A program made the translations under genes and the position numbers. This document shows, piece after piece, positions 1-12,947 of a DNA stretch of 64,000 bases. Under the pieces are notes generated by a model. That model searched no databases and had not been told where the DNA came from. It worked only from the letters and a program-made list of their open reading frames with translations. The stretch's first letter is position 1. The number at the start of each line of letters is the position of its first letter. The stretch comes from Saccostrea cucullata (taxonomy: Eukaryota): the NCBI RefSeq assembly GCF_032062105.1, contig NW_026935291.1, forward strand, positions 496,001 to 560,000. The letters are read 5' to 3'.

Positions 1-2631
1 TCGGGCTTCAAAACAAAAACCTGGCCCGAGGCGAGCTATCTGTGTGAGAGAATGGGCATGGAACTGGCCAGTTTTCACTCCATTGCTGAAATGAATATCA
101 TTCTACAGAGGTTCCAGAATTACCAGGCACAGCCAGGTGAAACAGCTCCAAGATATGCCGAGAATATATGGTTAGGAATGACCAAAGGATTTTCAGGTAT
201 GATTGTTGGATGAACTGGTCTAGTAACTCAAAAACTATATCTGAAACAACTGTTCTTTCTGGGACAGCAAAATATCTTCCTGTTGTTGAAACAGAAATGG
301 AAAACAGTTGTTTTCATATTTTTATTGTCGTAGATATGTTATTCAAAGAGTCTATTTGCATTGAAAACTGTTTCAAGAGCTTCTTTCCAATAAAGTGTGA
401 AATCAATGTTGATGGTCTTTTCATGACTTTTCTTCTTCAGACGGGTTTCAGTGGAAGGACGGATCCGCTGTCAATTTCCTGAACTGGGACAAAGGAGAGC
501 CTTCTGACGCAATGAGTTCCTCCCAGGAGGAATGTGTAGAGATGTACACAAACAGCGGAAAATGGAATGACGTCACATGCTTCACCAAACGAAGATATGT
601 CTGCAAGAAAGCAGCTCGTACATATCTATTTTTCTTAATATTTGATTTTGAAGGAAATATTGTATTCAACAGAATTAATATGTTTGCATGGATGTTATTA
701 TCTTTCTTTGATTGAGGGTTTAATTATGTGCCAACAAATTAAGTAAAACATATGAATTTTTGTATATACGAGTAAAATGATAAAATTCAAGGACTTTACT
801 TTATTTATTTTGGCCAAGAGTAGTTGTTTTTAACCATTAAACTTATCAAACTTCTTTTAAGGATCCATAAGTATAAATCATATACCAAGGGTATTTATTT
901 TTAGAGATGAGCACTGTGGGGTTCAAACTGACAAGTGGAAATCTCCCACCTCTGAATCCGAATCCTGGAACAACAGGATACAACCCATGGGCACCTGTGT
1001 CATCCACAAATTTCCCAACCAACCGCATCACCCCCAGTCGGCAGACCCTTCAACCTATTACTCAGCCACAGGGAATGGGAAATCCCAACGCAGCCCCTCA
1101 ACAACAGAGTTCATCGTCAATAAGTAAGTAGTGTGTTTTACAATAACAGAAAGTATATTTGTAGTACAAGGTTTAACTTCATGTCAGTATACTAGAAAGT
1201 TATATTTCAGTAACAAAAAAGTTTGTCTTGGGTATGAAAATAAGCTTTCAGAATGAAATGATATTCAAGTTAAAGCTGATATGAACTCTTAAAAAGGCAT
1301 CATTTTACATCTTTGTACGACTTACTACATTCCTGTACGCCTTTGTCCGCCATATTTCATCGATTCCGCCATATTTAATTGAAAATTTTTGGTCACCTGT
1401 ACCTGCTATATAAAGCTTTGTACAATTGTTTCACTTGAGTGATTTTCTAGCCTGGCTGTCGACATGTACACAACTCCGAAAGCATAGTTTTTAGAAGTCC
1501 ATAAACTGACCAAATACATGTTTGAAAAGTAAAAATTCAACAAAAACTAGAACTATACCGAGAATTGAATTATTTTTGAATGCATTTGCTGCAATGTAGA
1601 AAATATACTAACACGGAATACATTCATGTACAGCAAAAATCCATGCATATCGAGAAAACGCGTCAAACGCAGTGATAAAAACATTTACCTGAATACTGCT
1701 ATCGTTACAGGGATGTGCACATGTCGAAAGAATTATCCTATTTTACTTTTATTGAAAAATGCATCTTAGAAGTCATGTAATCCATTGCTAACTCAACAGT
1801 AAAAAATGCTTGGACACATGCCAATGCCGATCATTTTATTTGGTCAGGGAAAATATCAAAGGTTGAAAGCTCCGTGGGGTTGATTGAAAAAAATGCAAAT
1901 AATTTTTTCCAATAATAAACATTACTCTTGTCTGTAAATGTTGTAAATAAAATTTATGAAAACATGGTTTAATTTCATCAAATTTATAAAAGAAAAAAGC
2001 AAGCATTATAACGAATCATTCACCTTGTGGAGATATTTTCCTATGATAGGAAGGGGGGGGGGGGGTAATAAACATGCGTAACACTCTCATTAAAATAATT
2101 TAAGAAAAACGTCTGAAACAGAACGGATTTCTATATGATCAAATATTATCAAATAAATACTGTGTATTGGCTTTATTAGACCTAACATAATTTGATTTCA
2201 AGTTAATATAATTTGATTTAAAGTTATCTATAATTTTATGCACAATGAAAGAAAAAGTGAGCAAGTTCATATACCCCACGCTCCCCCAAAAATCGAGGTG
2301 CTGAATTTCCCAGAAAAAAATAAAGGAATCGTAATTTCCTTGTTATATGCACATCTATACACATTGTGTCCTAAATATCTGCAAAGTTTGACGAAATTGT
2401 GTGCAGCGGTTTATGAGGAGTTGCGCTGACAAACTGTTCATCGAGCTATATTCAAGATAATGGCCAAAATCTAAATGTAAAAATGCAGAAATTCCCGAAA
2501 AAATAAAGAATTTGGAATTTCCTGGTGATGTACAGATGGGTGATGTGCAAATCTACACATTGTCTCCTATAAATATCTGCAAAGTTTAACAAAATTCTGT
2601 GCATTGGTTTATGAGGAGTTGCGCTGACAAG

Positions 2632-2667
<36 letters not shown>

Positions 2668-2669
2668 CG

Positions 2670-2707
<38 letters not shown>

Positions 2708-3468
2708 TCACGCATCTTGGGGTATAATAAACGAGTTTGATTCTATGGTACAATGATAATGAAAATAGAATTAAATGTGAATTAAATTTCTTGACATAAA
2801 TAATTAATGATTATTAGCCAAAGCATATAGGAAGAGAGAGCAAACTCCCCGTGAGAATTCCACATTCTACCTAAAATTAGCTTTTTAAAAATTCTCTTGT
2901 CTGTTATCCAGGTCCAGGTTCGACACGTTTAAGAAGATATTTGAGATAATTCCCAATGTACTCATTCCTGTTATGTTTTTTAATGTTTTTTTTACCCCCC
3001 CCCTAGAAAATCGCGAGGGTATATCGTAATCGTTATGTCCGTCCGTAGATGTTACGGTTTAGGGTACCCATCTCTTATCCGCAAATCCTCTTATACCACT
3101 GAGTTAAATTTAATGAAACTTTCACAGAATCTAAAGTTTATTACATATTACCATTGTGTACCTCCTATTTTACTTTTTGATCCGACACATATTTTGGGTT
3201 TACCGACAACAGCAAAAAATGTACTTTGTCATTGTAACCATATAGGATGCGGGGGCATCATTTAAAGAGCTCATTGCTCACAATACTTCTAGTTTCTCTT
3301 TCATATTGGGCGTTTAGGAAAATTTCTTGTCCAAAGTAAAATTATCATTCAATTTATGAAGTTTCGACATCCCGCCTGAAAAAAAATCCCTAATCTGTCC
3401 TAAGGCTTAATAAATGGTACAGCATAAAGTACGTGGGATTTTATACCTATTACTTGCCGATGGTTACA

Positions 3469-3503
<35 letters not shown>

Positions 3504-6500
3504 TTCAATATACGAAGGAGTATATAAAAATTTTCCGTATTCAACCAGGTTTCAAGTATCCCTACCCTAGCTTTTAAAATTATCTCGCAAATACTCCTTA
3601 AGAAATTATATTTTTATTAAAAAAAACATAGCTAGACTGTCAGGCAGGGATACTGAAATCTCGAAAGACTTCCTGTAACAACAAAATTATAAAACAATTA
3701 CGTTCCTCAAAATGCACATTCTTTGTGGTCGGAGTTACACATTTTAAAAAAATCTCAAAATGGAATTCGGCAGAAATGTCTGTCTTCCAAGAAGATTTAA
3801 ATAACGATCATGTCAATTATTTTTGCATGCCCCCCCCCCCCCCCCCGCCTCAAAAATTCAAATTTCTAAATGTCAATCTGAACAGGGGATGGCTCTTCTC
3901 CGCGTTTGTGTTAAAGATTGTATAGATGTACACATAAAAATTTGTATTCTGATTAATTGCTTATAAGATTTGAAGTAAACAAGCAAATTCAAAGAATTAT
4001 GGTCCCCCGCTTTCGGTGTCTTTGTGGGTGAGATGTTATTTTTATGACATATTGTGTGTAATATGAACATCCTATCATATGTCATTTATTTAGAAAGTAA
4101 CTCTGAAGTTGAATTTTTTGAAGGATGAAAACCCTAATCCTGACCGTTAAAAAGTTATGGCCAAAGTAAAAAGTTTTTTAAAAGTAGGTCAACTCCAAGG
4201 TCAAGATCAAAGGGTCAAAGTTGTTGATATCCAATGAAAAGTTTTCTCACAAGGATTACATATGTGAAGTATGAAAGCCCTAGCCCTTACTGTTTAAAAT
4301 TTATGGTCAAGGTTAAAGTTTTTTCATAAGTACATAAATCTTTAAGGTCAAGGTCAAAAGGTCAAAGTTGTTGATATCCAATGAAAGGACTTGCCACAAA
4401 GAATACATATGTAAAATATTAAAGTCCTAGTATCTACCGTTCAAAAGTTGTGACCAAAGTTTATGTATTTTTAAAAAGTAGTTAAAACTCCAAGGTCAAA
4501 GGGTAAAAGTTATTGGTATCCAATGAAAGGTCTTCTCAAAAGGATCACATATGTGAAGTACAAAAGCCCTAGTCCTCACCGTTCAAAAGTTATGGTCAAG
4601 GTTAAAGTTTTTTCATAAGTACATAAATCTCCAAGGTCAAGGTCAAAATGTCAAGGTTGTTGGTACCCAATGAAATGTCTTGCCACAAGGAATACATACG
4701 TGAAATATAAAAGTCCTAGTATTCTACTGTTTAAAATTTGTAACCAAGGTTAAAGTTTTTAAAATGTAATTAAAACTCCAAGGTCAAAGGGCAAAAGTTA
4801 TTGGTATCCAATGAAAGGTCTTCTCACAAGGATTACATATGTGAAGTACGAAAGCCTTCGTCCTCACTGTTCAAAAGTTATGTTCAAGGTTAAAGTTTTT
4901 TCATAAGTACGTAAATCTCCAAAATCAAGGTCAAAAGGTCAAGGTTGTTGATATCCAATGAAAGGTTTTGCCACAAACAATACATATGTGAAATATGAAA
5001 GTCCTAGTACCTACTATTCAAAAGTTATGGCCAAAGTAAAAGTTTGGAATTTTTGTGTAAAAGTGGGTCAAACTCCAAGGTCAAAAGGTCAAATTTGGTG
5101 GTACCCAAAGAATGGTCTTGTCACAAGGAATACACTTGTGAAATATGAAAGTCATAGCTCCACTAAATCAAAAGTTATGGGCAAGGTTAAAGTTTTTGTG
5201 ACGGACAGACTGACGGACAGACGGACAGACAGACAGACGAATGAGATTTAATGTCCCCTCGCTTTCGCGAAAGCGGGGGACAATAATTACCGTACATCAA
5301 ATTACTTGGTTTAGATTTGAGATTAGTACTAAAATAATCAGTTATAATTGACAAATGAATTTTGCGACTCAAACCAACTGCAGGCTATATACATGACTTT
5401 GTATAGAATGTACATGTGTATTAGAGCTACACGTAAATAGAAAATTTACAGTTATACCTTATGAACAGCAGTTATAATACTCCCCCCCCCCTTTCAGCCG
5501 CACAAATACCAAAATACTTCTCTTTCCACTTGTGATATTTTCCCTGACCAAAATCCGATCAGCACGGACTAACTGTATCGACGTGCTAGTCTGTACGGAG
5601 TAATGACAGTGTGTTTACTATTGAGCTTTTATGGAGTTTATTTCATTTTTGTGATGCATATTTCAATAAATGGAATTCAGGGTGTATATCACTTGACTTG
5701 TGCACATCTTCGAACCGATGCAGTAACCTTATTACCAGGTATGGGTACGTTTACAGCGTTCGAGGCGTTTTCTCGATATGCATCAATTGCATAGGACTTG
5801 CAAATCAAAGACGTTGGTTGTTTTGTTCCATTCAAATGATAATAATTTCAAAATGTGTTTGCGGATTTCACTGCTTTTTATTTCAAGTTTATTCTGCATA
5901 AATTGGCGCACTGTAAAATACGTACACGTTCAACTAAATTTCTCTTCCAAACTTGCATTTTTTTCTTTTTCTTTTTTTACTGTTGATTCATATCAATAAT
6001 CATTCAAAAATATGATAATTATGTTGTTTATTGTGGTTTTGAAATGTCTTGATCACCTCATGTGTTCTCATATGCTTTACCATCTGAGATGTGCACAAGT
6101 CGATATCCAAGCCAAAAAATCATTCAAGGGTAACGAGCGCATTGGGGTATATATCGTTACAATGAGACAAGGTATCTGAAAGAAATATGGCGGAATACGG
6201 CTATAATTGGTATGAAACAAGTCGTACATAGATGAAAATGTTGCGTTTTTAAGAATTCATGTCAGCTTTAATATCTTATTCTTCAGTTGGATAACTTTGT
6301 ATCTCAAATCAGTACCGCAAATGAAAATAAAATTAACCATTTCTTCAAGTTGTCCAGCTACTTCACTGGGTACCTTCCTACCTAGTCCTTGTTGCACCCG
6401 GAGGCACATAGGGCAAGGACTAGGGATTTCCATTCCTCTCTGTTCTTAGCTATCTTCTCCACCTCTCCCCAGGTGAGATTTATCTCCTTAAGCTCTTTCT

Positions 6501-6900
6501 CCATGTTCGCCTCCACGTTGTTTTTGGTCGGCCTTTCCTCCTCTTCCCTTCTAGGGTCCATCTAAGTGCCACTCTTGTGATGTCATCTGTGCGCTTTCTC
6601 AAGACATGACCTATCCACCTGGGTGCCATTTGCAATATTGTTCAAAGCATATTAATTGATCTAAAACAAGTTTCCCTCTTTCTTCCAGGTGGCAGTTTGT
6701 CTGCAGGGGGTCTAGCTGGTCTGCTGGTCGCCATAATCTTCATTTTGGGACTTTTTGCCTTTGGAATCATATTCCTGAAAAGAAGACAGTATCCTGCAGG
6801 CAGTGGCGTCCAGGGGGCCGGGGGATTCGAGAACGCCATGTATTACTCGTCAGAGGGCGCTGTGAATATGAAAAATAACAGCAAGGAGGAGGACGCATGA
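1..6900 (+). CDS. 3' part of a macrophage mannose receptor (MRC1)-like C-type lectin receptor; 5' end lies outside the window
   Basis: Exons <1-196, 441-617, 905-1123 and 6689-6900, joined by phase-1 GT-AG introns. They encode a CTLD (TWPEASYLCE...IWLGM...FQWKDGSAVNFLNWDKGEPSD...EECVEM...KWNDVTCFTKRRYVCKK), a Pro/Thr/Ser stalk, a TM helix (GLAGLLVAIIFILGLFAFGIIFL) and a tail with FENAMY, resembling the FENTLY endocytosis motif of MRC1. AATAAA at 6939 and 7690. Confidence 0.88.
2260..2730 (-). mobile_element. HINE/Helentron-like non-autonomous element relic
   Basis: Two diverged internal repeats (ATCTGCAAAGTTT...TTTATGAGGAGTTGCGCTGACAA), a (GACT/GACG)n microsatellite at 2665-2690 and a terminal stem TTATACC...GGTATAA. 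Left boundary approximate. Confidence 0.5.
2988..3294 (+). mobile_element. Short HINE/Helentron-like element
   Basis: Starts in a T-run with TACCCCC...GAGGGTATA, has a short GTCC repeat and ends GCGGGGGCATC...CTTCTAGTT; same layout as the other HINEs here. Confidence 0.45.
3467..3503. repeat. (CA)n(GA)n compound microsatellite
   Basis: Seen directly. Confidence 0.9.
3977..5286 (-). mobile_element. HINE (Helentron non-autonomous element) carrying a ~145-bp satellite array
   Basis: Sub-terminal IR GTCCCCCGCTTT (4002) / AAAGCGGGGGAC (5270), hairpin at 5254-5280 and (GACA/GACG)n at 5200-5239. Monomers start at 4234, 4381, 4523, 4670, 4811 and 4958 (periods 147/142/147/141/147). Confidence 0.8.
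6375..6620 (-). mobile_element. 5'-truncated RTE-clade LINE, 3' end
   Basis: Minus strand gives RWIGHVLRKRTDDITRVALRWTLEGKRRKGRPKTTWRR/(frameshift)/MEKELKEINLTWGEVEKIAKNREEWKSLVLALCASGCNKD*, typical of an RTE ORF C-terminus. Flanking near-direct repeat CTGGGTACC (6366) / CTGGGTGCC (6619). Confidence 0.8.
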
Positions 6901-8049
6901 TTGACATTATATGTGATAATAAGTACAGCCTTATGTACAATAAAGCAACCATTTTGTGACATTCACAAGAGACCATGCGTTGTCACAGACTACTTGCAAT
7001 CCATTTTCAAGTTTATTTTAACTTTGTTCATACGACTTAATGCAGGCATTTCCATCATTCTGTATTGGCGTTAGGACATCGTTCACATCCTAAGCCGATA
7101 TCTGTTCACCATTTTTGAGGTTGGAAAGTTCATTTTGCAAAATATTTCGTAATACTGCAGTAACAATGTTATCTTTTTTGTATATACATGTATATTTTTC
7201 AATAAGCATGATTGCAATTCCAATTACATTTATATTGCAAAAAATGATGCTTTTAATAAGGCTAATATTGCATTTTACACGTTGAGTCTTTTTACGCTAT
7301 ATATGCATACAGAGAAAGATTTCACGTAGCTATCCCCTGCGAACGTATGCTTATATGAATGTTTTATTCAGAATTCAGATACTGCTTAAATATCCCTACG
7401 TGTAATATTCTTTGTACTGAAACTGTATATCCGAGTTTTCAGTACACAAATATTTTGGAAGCATCCTGTACTTGTTTGCATTTCAAAAACATATCATATC
7501 CATGATTGATTTGAACATATTTTATTGTATAATTCATACAAAGGGATTGGTAACAAGTTCTTACAAACTTAGAAAAACCTTTCCCTGTAATATATACAAT
7601 AATTATAATTAGTGATTGCCAAAAGAATTTTTAACAATTGAAGATGTAGAGTTATACATGTATATATTTATATCCATGATACATGAATGAATAAAATTTA
7701 ACATTGATGGTTAAATGTTAAAGAAATTAATGTTACTTATTTTTCCTATGATTTAGAAAGTATTGTATATCGAATCGTCACTTTCATTGAATTGTGTTAA
7801 ACTTTTAAGCATACTTTACATGTATACTCACTTTTCCAGCTCCCTCCTAACATGTTCCCCGCTCCCATGCGATCCATAAACCACAAAAAAGAAATCCTTT
7901 CCTATATACGCATGGAAATCCAAGTTAATTATTATATTATATGGCTAATAATTGGTATGAAATACAACAGCTAAAATACAACTTAGTGGAAAGGATAAAT
8001 TTGTAATAACTCAGATCATTATACGGCGATAAAATTGACTAAATACTGA

Positions 8050-8330
8050 CACTTACCAAAAATGATTAGATCCCAGTATCATCAATTTATCTATCAGTAG
8101 TCTGCCTTGGTTTAAAAAATAATTGTGTTCAGGGCATGCTTTTGAGTAATGAAAAAAATAAGAGGCGGAGGAAACACCATTTGCAGCTGATAGCAGAATA
8201 TTTATAAAAAGAAGGAAAGTTGACACTGGAAAAGCTGAAAACATTTCTTTTGTCATACAGTTAAGTTGTAGTTTGTCCCTATCGTAAATAGTCGGTTAAG
8301 TAGAGATGTATCATATGTGACAGAATCATT
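8050..8330 (-). mobile_element. Degenerate Penelope-like RT fragment
   Basis: Remnants ...YSKACPEHNYFLNQGRLLIDKLM resemble the YARACS..QFL.RG.LLT.KL region of the PLE family seen at 17600-18868. Confidence 0.45.
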
Positions 8331-8357
8331 TCAAGTGCACTTGGACAAATCAAACAA

Positions 8358-8666
8358 GTCGCCGCGAGCAGCTGTAGTTAAAGCGTCTGCTCTAGAGTCA
8401 CGAAGTAAGGAGTTGATCCTTGCGTCGCGGATTCGAATCCCACTGTGGGACTTGGGGACCGGTCTTTCGGATGAGACCTTATAAACCGAGGACCCGTGTC
8501 GCAGTAGGTGCTGGCACAAAAAAGACCACTCATTGATCAGTGGCCCTAAGTGCCGAGCATAGACAAAATTTGCAGCTCTCCACCGGCAAGTAATGGCGTC
8601 TCTATATGAGTGAAAAATTCTCGAGAGGGACGTTAAACAGCACATAATCAATCAATCAATCAATCA
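8358..8666 (+). mobile_element. tRNA-derived SINE, near full length
   Basis: tRNA-like head with A-box-like GCTGTAGTTAAAGCG and B-box GGATTCGAATCC, a ~220-nt body and a (CAAT)n tail. A second, inverted copy lies at 14160-14310. Confidence 0.8.
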
Positions 8667-10124
8667 TTCAAAGATGCAATCAAAATTTCTCAATCTAATT
8701 AATCTTTCCTTAAGGAGGTTCATTTCTGAGCATTTGGACTATCAGGTTCATTTCTGAGCCTTTGGACTATCTTTTTTTCTTGACATCCATCTAAAAATGC
8801 ATCTTTGTGAACTCACTATTCACTTTCCAAGAATTCTTCATAATCACATTTCAGTATTTCATACATTCCGTTCAACTTTTAAAAATGATTCCTAAATTCA
8901 AAAAACAAACAAGGTACCAAAATAAATTGAACTTCATCCGTACAATGCTACAGCATATTCTAGAAATGGCATAATTAAGATGTCGATCCTCAAAAATACT
9001 AAATTGTGTTTTTTAGAAAATTGAAATCAATTTGCCGTTTTTCAAAAGCCTATAACAAAAACACTAGACATATCTAGACATTTTGATATCATAGACATCT
9101 TCTAAAAACAGAACTCACAATTTTCCACATTTTGTGATTGGTCGTCAGCAAAATTACTTCGTTACTTCTCAGATTGTACACACAAGTACTCTGAATTTGA
9201 TATCAATTCATACAGTGGCGTAGCTACATTGTACCATGTATGCTTGTATGCTCGAGCATGCACATCATTTTGCAAAAAAATATTAATAAAATAAATAAAT
9301 AAATAAATAAAAACGAGGCATGAAGAAATTGATAAAATAAGTACATGTATGTTAACTAAGAAAAAAATTGATACACATGAAAATTTTCTTTAATTGTGTT
9401 TTAAGGCGGGTAACCTCAAAAAGTTTATTGATTTTTAAGGTATTTTGAAATCAAGGTTTTTTGCAATTTTACGGGTGTAATGAAAAAATAGAATTATGTA
9501 TGTTAACCATGCAGCCAGATATAACATAATTTTTATTAACTTTTACTAATTAATCTAAACGGTTTTTAATGAAAATAAATGCATGAAATTATGAAATTTT
9601 GCCAACTCAAATTAAATTTTAGGGTTTAATAGACCAAATGATTTAATATATCACGTGAATTTAATTAAATTCCTCAAAATATCTACTTTTGGTGGACATT
9701 TTGATAGCTGAAAAAATAACCCTAATTTTCTGTTTTTCCCGACTTTTCTAATAATTAAAAAAAAAAAAAACATTGCCAAAACTTTTTATACTTGCCAAAA
9801 AATCACCAATTTAGTTAATAGATGCTAATAAACTACGATAGCCCGTATTGCTTCAACGTTAAGATTTAAGATTTAAAAAAAAAAAATTTTGTGATTAGAG
9901 ACTAAAAATTTTCGTCAGCAAAATTACTTTCAAGATTACTATCATAAAGGTTCCTTGGTTTTATTTGATAAACACACAAGTACTCTGAATTTGATATCAA
10001 TTAAAAGGATGCTGAAGTTCCAAACTGACAGGGCGGCCCCCAGACCCCTTGCCAATTTTAGCATGCATTTCATTATGAGCCCAGCCAGGCTGCTGTCATA
10101 GGATGCTGAAGTTCCTAACTGACA

Positions 10125-10835
10125 ACATTTATTAGTCTTGGTAGACCAAGTCTTCCAAGAAACTGTTAGAATCAGGGTATACATTTTGATTGTACTCCTT
10201 TATAGCCAACCTGTTTTTTATTCCTATGAAGCTGAATTTATCTTTTAAAATCTTCTGTATAAGAAAACGCTTGCCTTCTCCTTCAACTCATCATTCAGAT
10301 ATATAGACGACGTTTTGTCATATAATAATTCTTTTTTTTTCAGATAATATGTCGACTCGATATATCCCAGTGAACTTAAAATAATGACACCACAGAGTCT
10401 GTCACATCTGTTTCATATTGGGTAATATTACTGACTATAAAAGATATAAGAACATCTAATTTATAAGACAAACGAGATGACCAGATTTTCCATCGCCAAC
10501 TTTCCTTATTTATTTAATATAATATTCTGCTTTCATCTTCATTTCGTAAGTTCTATGCTCGATGCAATGACCATGGCAGCAAATACAATTTAAATTTAAG
10601 ACAAATCCTGACTGATGTTTTTTATACGAATTGTTAGACCATTGCAAACTGAATTCTCGACGAAATTTTCCGTTATTTACTGATGATGACGAGGAGCACA
10701 CGACGGGTATGACCGGTCGGTAGGGGATGCACACTCCTCCATTGCACGTGTTCCCAACCCTGATGTTGGAAGTCCGTGTTTGCTCTGCTTCAAATCTGTA
10801 TTGAGCTGAATACTATTCGTTATCTCCATAATCAT
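10125..10835 (+). mobile_element. Degenerate Penelope-like retroelement 3' fragment
   Basis: Remnants of VFQETVRI, FRYIDDVLS, DSIYPSEL and DKRDD, plus the family tail GACCGGTCGGTAGGGGATGCACACTCCTCCATTGCAC shared with the 17600 and 50992 copies. A further tail remnant lies at ~11120-11245. Confidence 0.65.
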
Positions 10836-11309
10836 ACTCATTTCACCTACATATGACGTTTATGTCTCTTTACTTTTTCGCTGCTCAAAAGCATACTCCT
10901 AGTATGGTAAACTTTGAAATCAAGACAGGCTTTACAGGCAGATTTAAAAAAACAACTCAGTACTTCATTTATAGTGCCAATTAAATAGGATAGCAAGTAT
11001 ATCCTATCACAAATTCGTATCCTGGCTGACTTGCTGCATACCAATTATTATGCTATTGGGTTTTTTCCCATTAAATTTGGCTAGGGAATGTTCTGTCTAC
11101 CTGTCAATAAGTAGGTTTCAAAGCGGGTGTGACAAGTCAAAACTGGATGCTTACTCCTCTTCCAGGTGCCCATGTTTAAGCGATGTTTACATATTTGTAA
11201 TATTTGATTTATGGTAATAATCACTTTCTTTACCTTCGTCTCTTGTCCAAAAATATTTTATTCTTCAAGAACATACTGCTTTGAGAGTGATGAAGTTTTT
11301 AATCAAAGT

Positions 11310-11312
<3 letters not shown>

Positions 11313-11342
<30 letters not shown>
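11313..11342. repeat. (CT)n microsatellite
   Basis: Seen directly. Confidence 0.9.
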
Positions 11343-11343
<1 letters not shown>

Positions 11344-11722
11344 GGTAATATGGAATAGAAAACATTATACTAATAATTTTATTCGGATATCTACATCGCA
11401 ATGGCCTTGTAGCACGAATAGCATTAGAAAAAATGATTAAATGCTTTCAAAGTAACCAAAGAAATACTTTGCATGGGTGTTAAGTAATTTTTCGCTGCGT
11501 CGAGAATTGAATAGCGTTTTTTTTCAATCACATTGAATTGAACTTATCTGACAGAACTAAAATTCATTTATATACTCGCACTGATAAACTTAAAAAAATA
11601 AGCTGTTACTCTGGTTAAAAATTAACAAAAAGGAATCATGTTCGATTTTCTTAACTTTCAAGAAATATTTAATCCCTTGTGCTTGAATCTTTCATATCCT
11701 TTTAGGGTTTGGGTGGTAGTCA

Positions 11723-12670
11723 TTTTTTAGCTCTACTGGTCAGAGACCAGAAGAGCTTATGCGATAGTAACTACGTTAATAAATTGTCTGTCTGTCTGTT
11801 TGTAAACAATTTTTCAAAATGCTACTCCTCCTACAGATTTGGTCCGATTTCAATATAACTTGGCACACAAGTAGACTACACTAAGATACATAATTTTGTG
11901 CATCGGTTTTTGATTTCAATGAACGGTGTTGCCATGGTTACTAAAAATAGAAATTTCTTTGAAATTCTTTCAAAATGCTACTCCTCCTACAGTTTTAGTT
12001 CTATTTGAATATAACTTGGCACACAAGTAGACTACACTAAGATACATAATTCTGTGCATCAGTTTTTAATTTCAATGAACGGTGTTGCCGAGGTTACTAA
12101 AAATAGAAATTTCTTTGAAATTCTTTCAAAATACTACTACTCCTATAGATTTGGTCCAATTTCAATATAACTTGGCACACAAGTAGACTACACTAAGATA
12201 CATAATTCTGTGCATCGGTTTTTGATTTCGTATGAACGGTGTTGCCATGGTTACTAAAAATAGAAATTTCTTTGAAATTCTTTCAAAATGCTACTCCTCC
12301 TACAGTTTTGGTCTGATTTCAGTGTAACTTGGCACACAAGTAGACTTCTCTAAGATACATAATTCTGTGCATCGGTTTTTGATTTCAATGAACGGTGTTG
12401 CCATGGTAAATAAAAATAGAAATTTCTTTGAAATTCTTTCAAAATGCTTCTCCTTCTACAGTTTTGGCCTGATTTCAATATAACTTGGCACACAAGTAGA
12501 CTACACTAAGATACATAACTCTCTGCATCGGTTTTTGCTTTGATGATTGGCAAGGATCATTTTTCTATGAATTGCTGTTTTTAAAGTTTCAAGTCGCAAC
12601 TGCTACTTTTCTCTTCCTTTGTTTTAAGTATAAACCAGTAGAGCTACAGTCTCGACAGAGACTTCTGGTT
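11723..12670 (+). mobile_element. HINE carrying ~4.6 copies of a 156-bp satellite monomer
   Basis: T-run insertion, sub-TIR AGCTCTACTGGT (11729) / ACCAGTAGAGCT (12634), 5' hairpin and (GTCT)n. Monomers at 11821, 11977, 12133, 12290 and 12446. Confidence 0.85.
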
Positions 12671-12947
12671 TTAAAGTTAGGTTTGTTGTTCAAAAAGCTT
12701 AATCATAAAAAGTGTTGGGAAACGTCATACAATAGTAAATATTCATAGAAACAAAATAGTTTTCTAAATGTTTTGTACCGTAACGTATGCAATACTGCTT
12801 CATGTAAAATTATGAATAGTTTACTAGTATTATCCAACTTTTGCAAACTGTCATTGTCACGTGGTTTGCCTTTTTACAGACGTTAATAACTATGAGACCC
12901 TAGAAGTGTTCAGAACTGCTATTTTTTAAACTTAAGATTAGAACATA

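Larger units (their letters stand above)
1274..6267. mobile_element. Non-autonomous Kolobok-like (TTAA-specific) DNA transposon filling the last lectin-gene intron, with nested insertions
   Basis: TTAA at 1270-1273 and 6268-6271; AG...CT termini. Left AGCTGATATGAACTCTTAAAAAGGCATCATTTT matches the reverse complement of the right end (AGCTGACATGAATTCTTAAAAACGCAACATTTT). Inverted similarity continues inward (1643-1675 vs 5751-5783; 1712-1725 vs 5696-5708). Confidence 0.75.

Noticed and set aside
4958-5251. 97-aa ORF
   Set aside because: Lies wholly in HINE satellite and microsatellite sequence.
5603-5999. Three overlapping ORFs as a possible Kolobok transposase
   Set aside because: No recognisable motifs; they fall within the right inverted arm of the element.
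8358-8450. tRNA gene
   Set aside because: The tRNA-like head continues into a SINE body and (CAAT)n tail with a second dispersed copy; no clean cloverleaf or terminator.
8709-10125. Additional complete DNA transposons (TTAAGG.. starts, CAGTGGCGTAGCTAC end, short direct repeats)
   Set aside because: Only single ends or fragments; no matching opposite TIR or TSD found.
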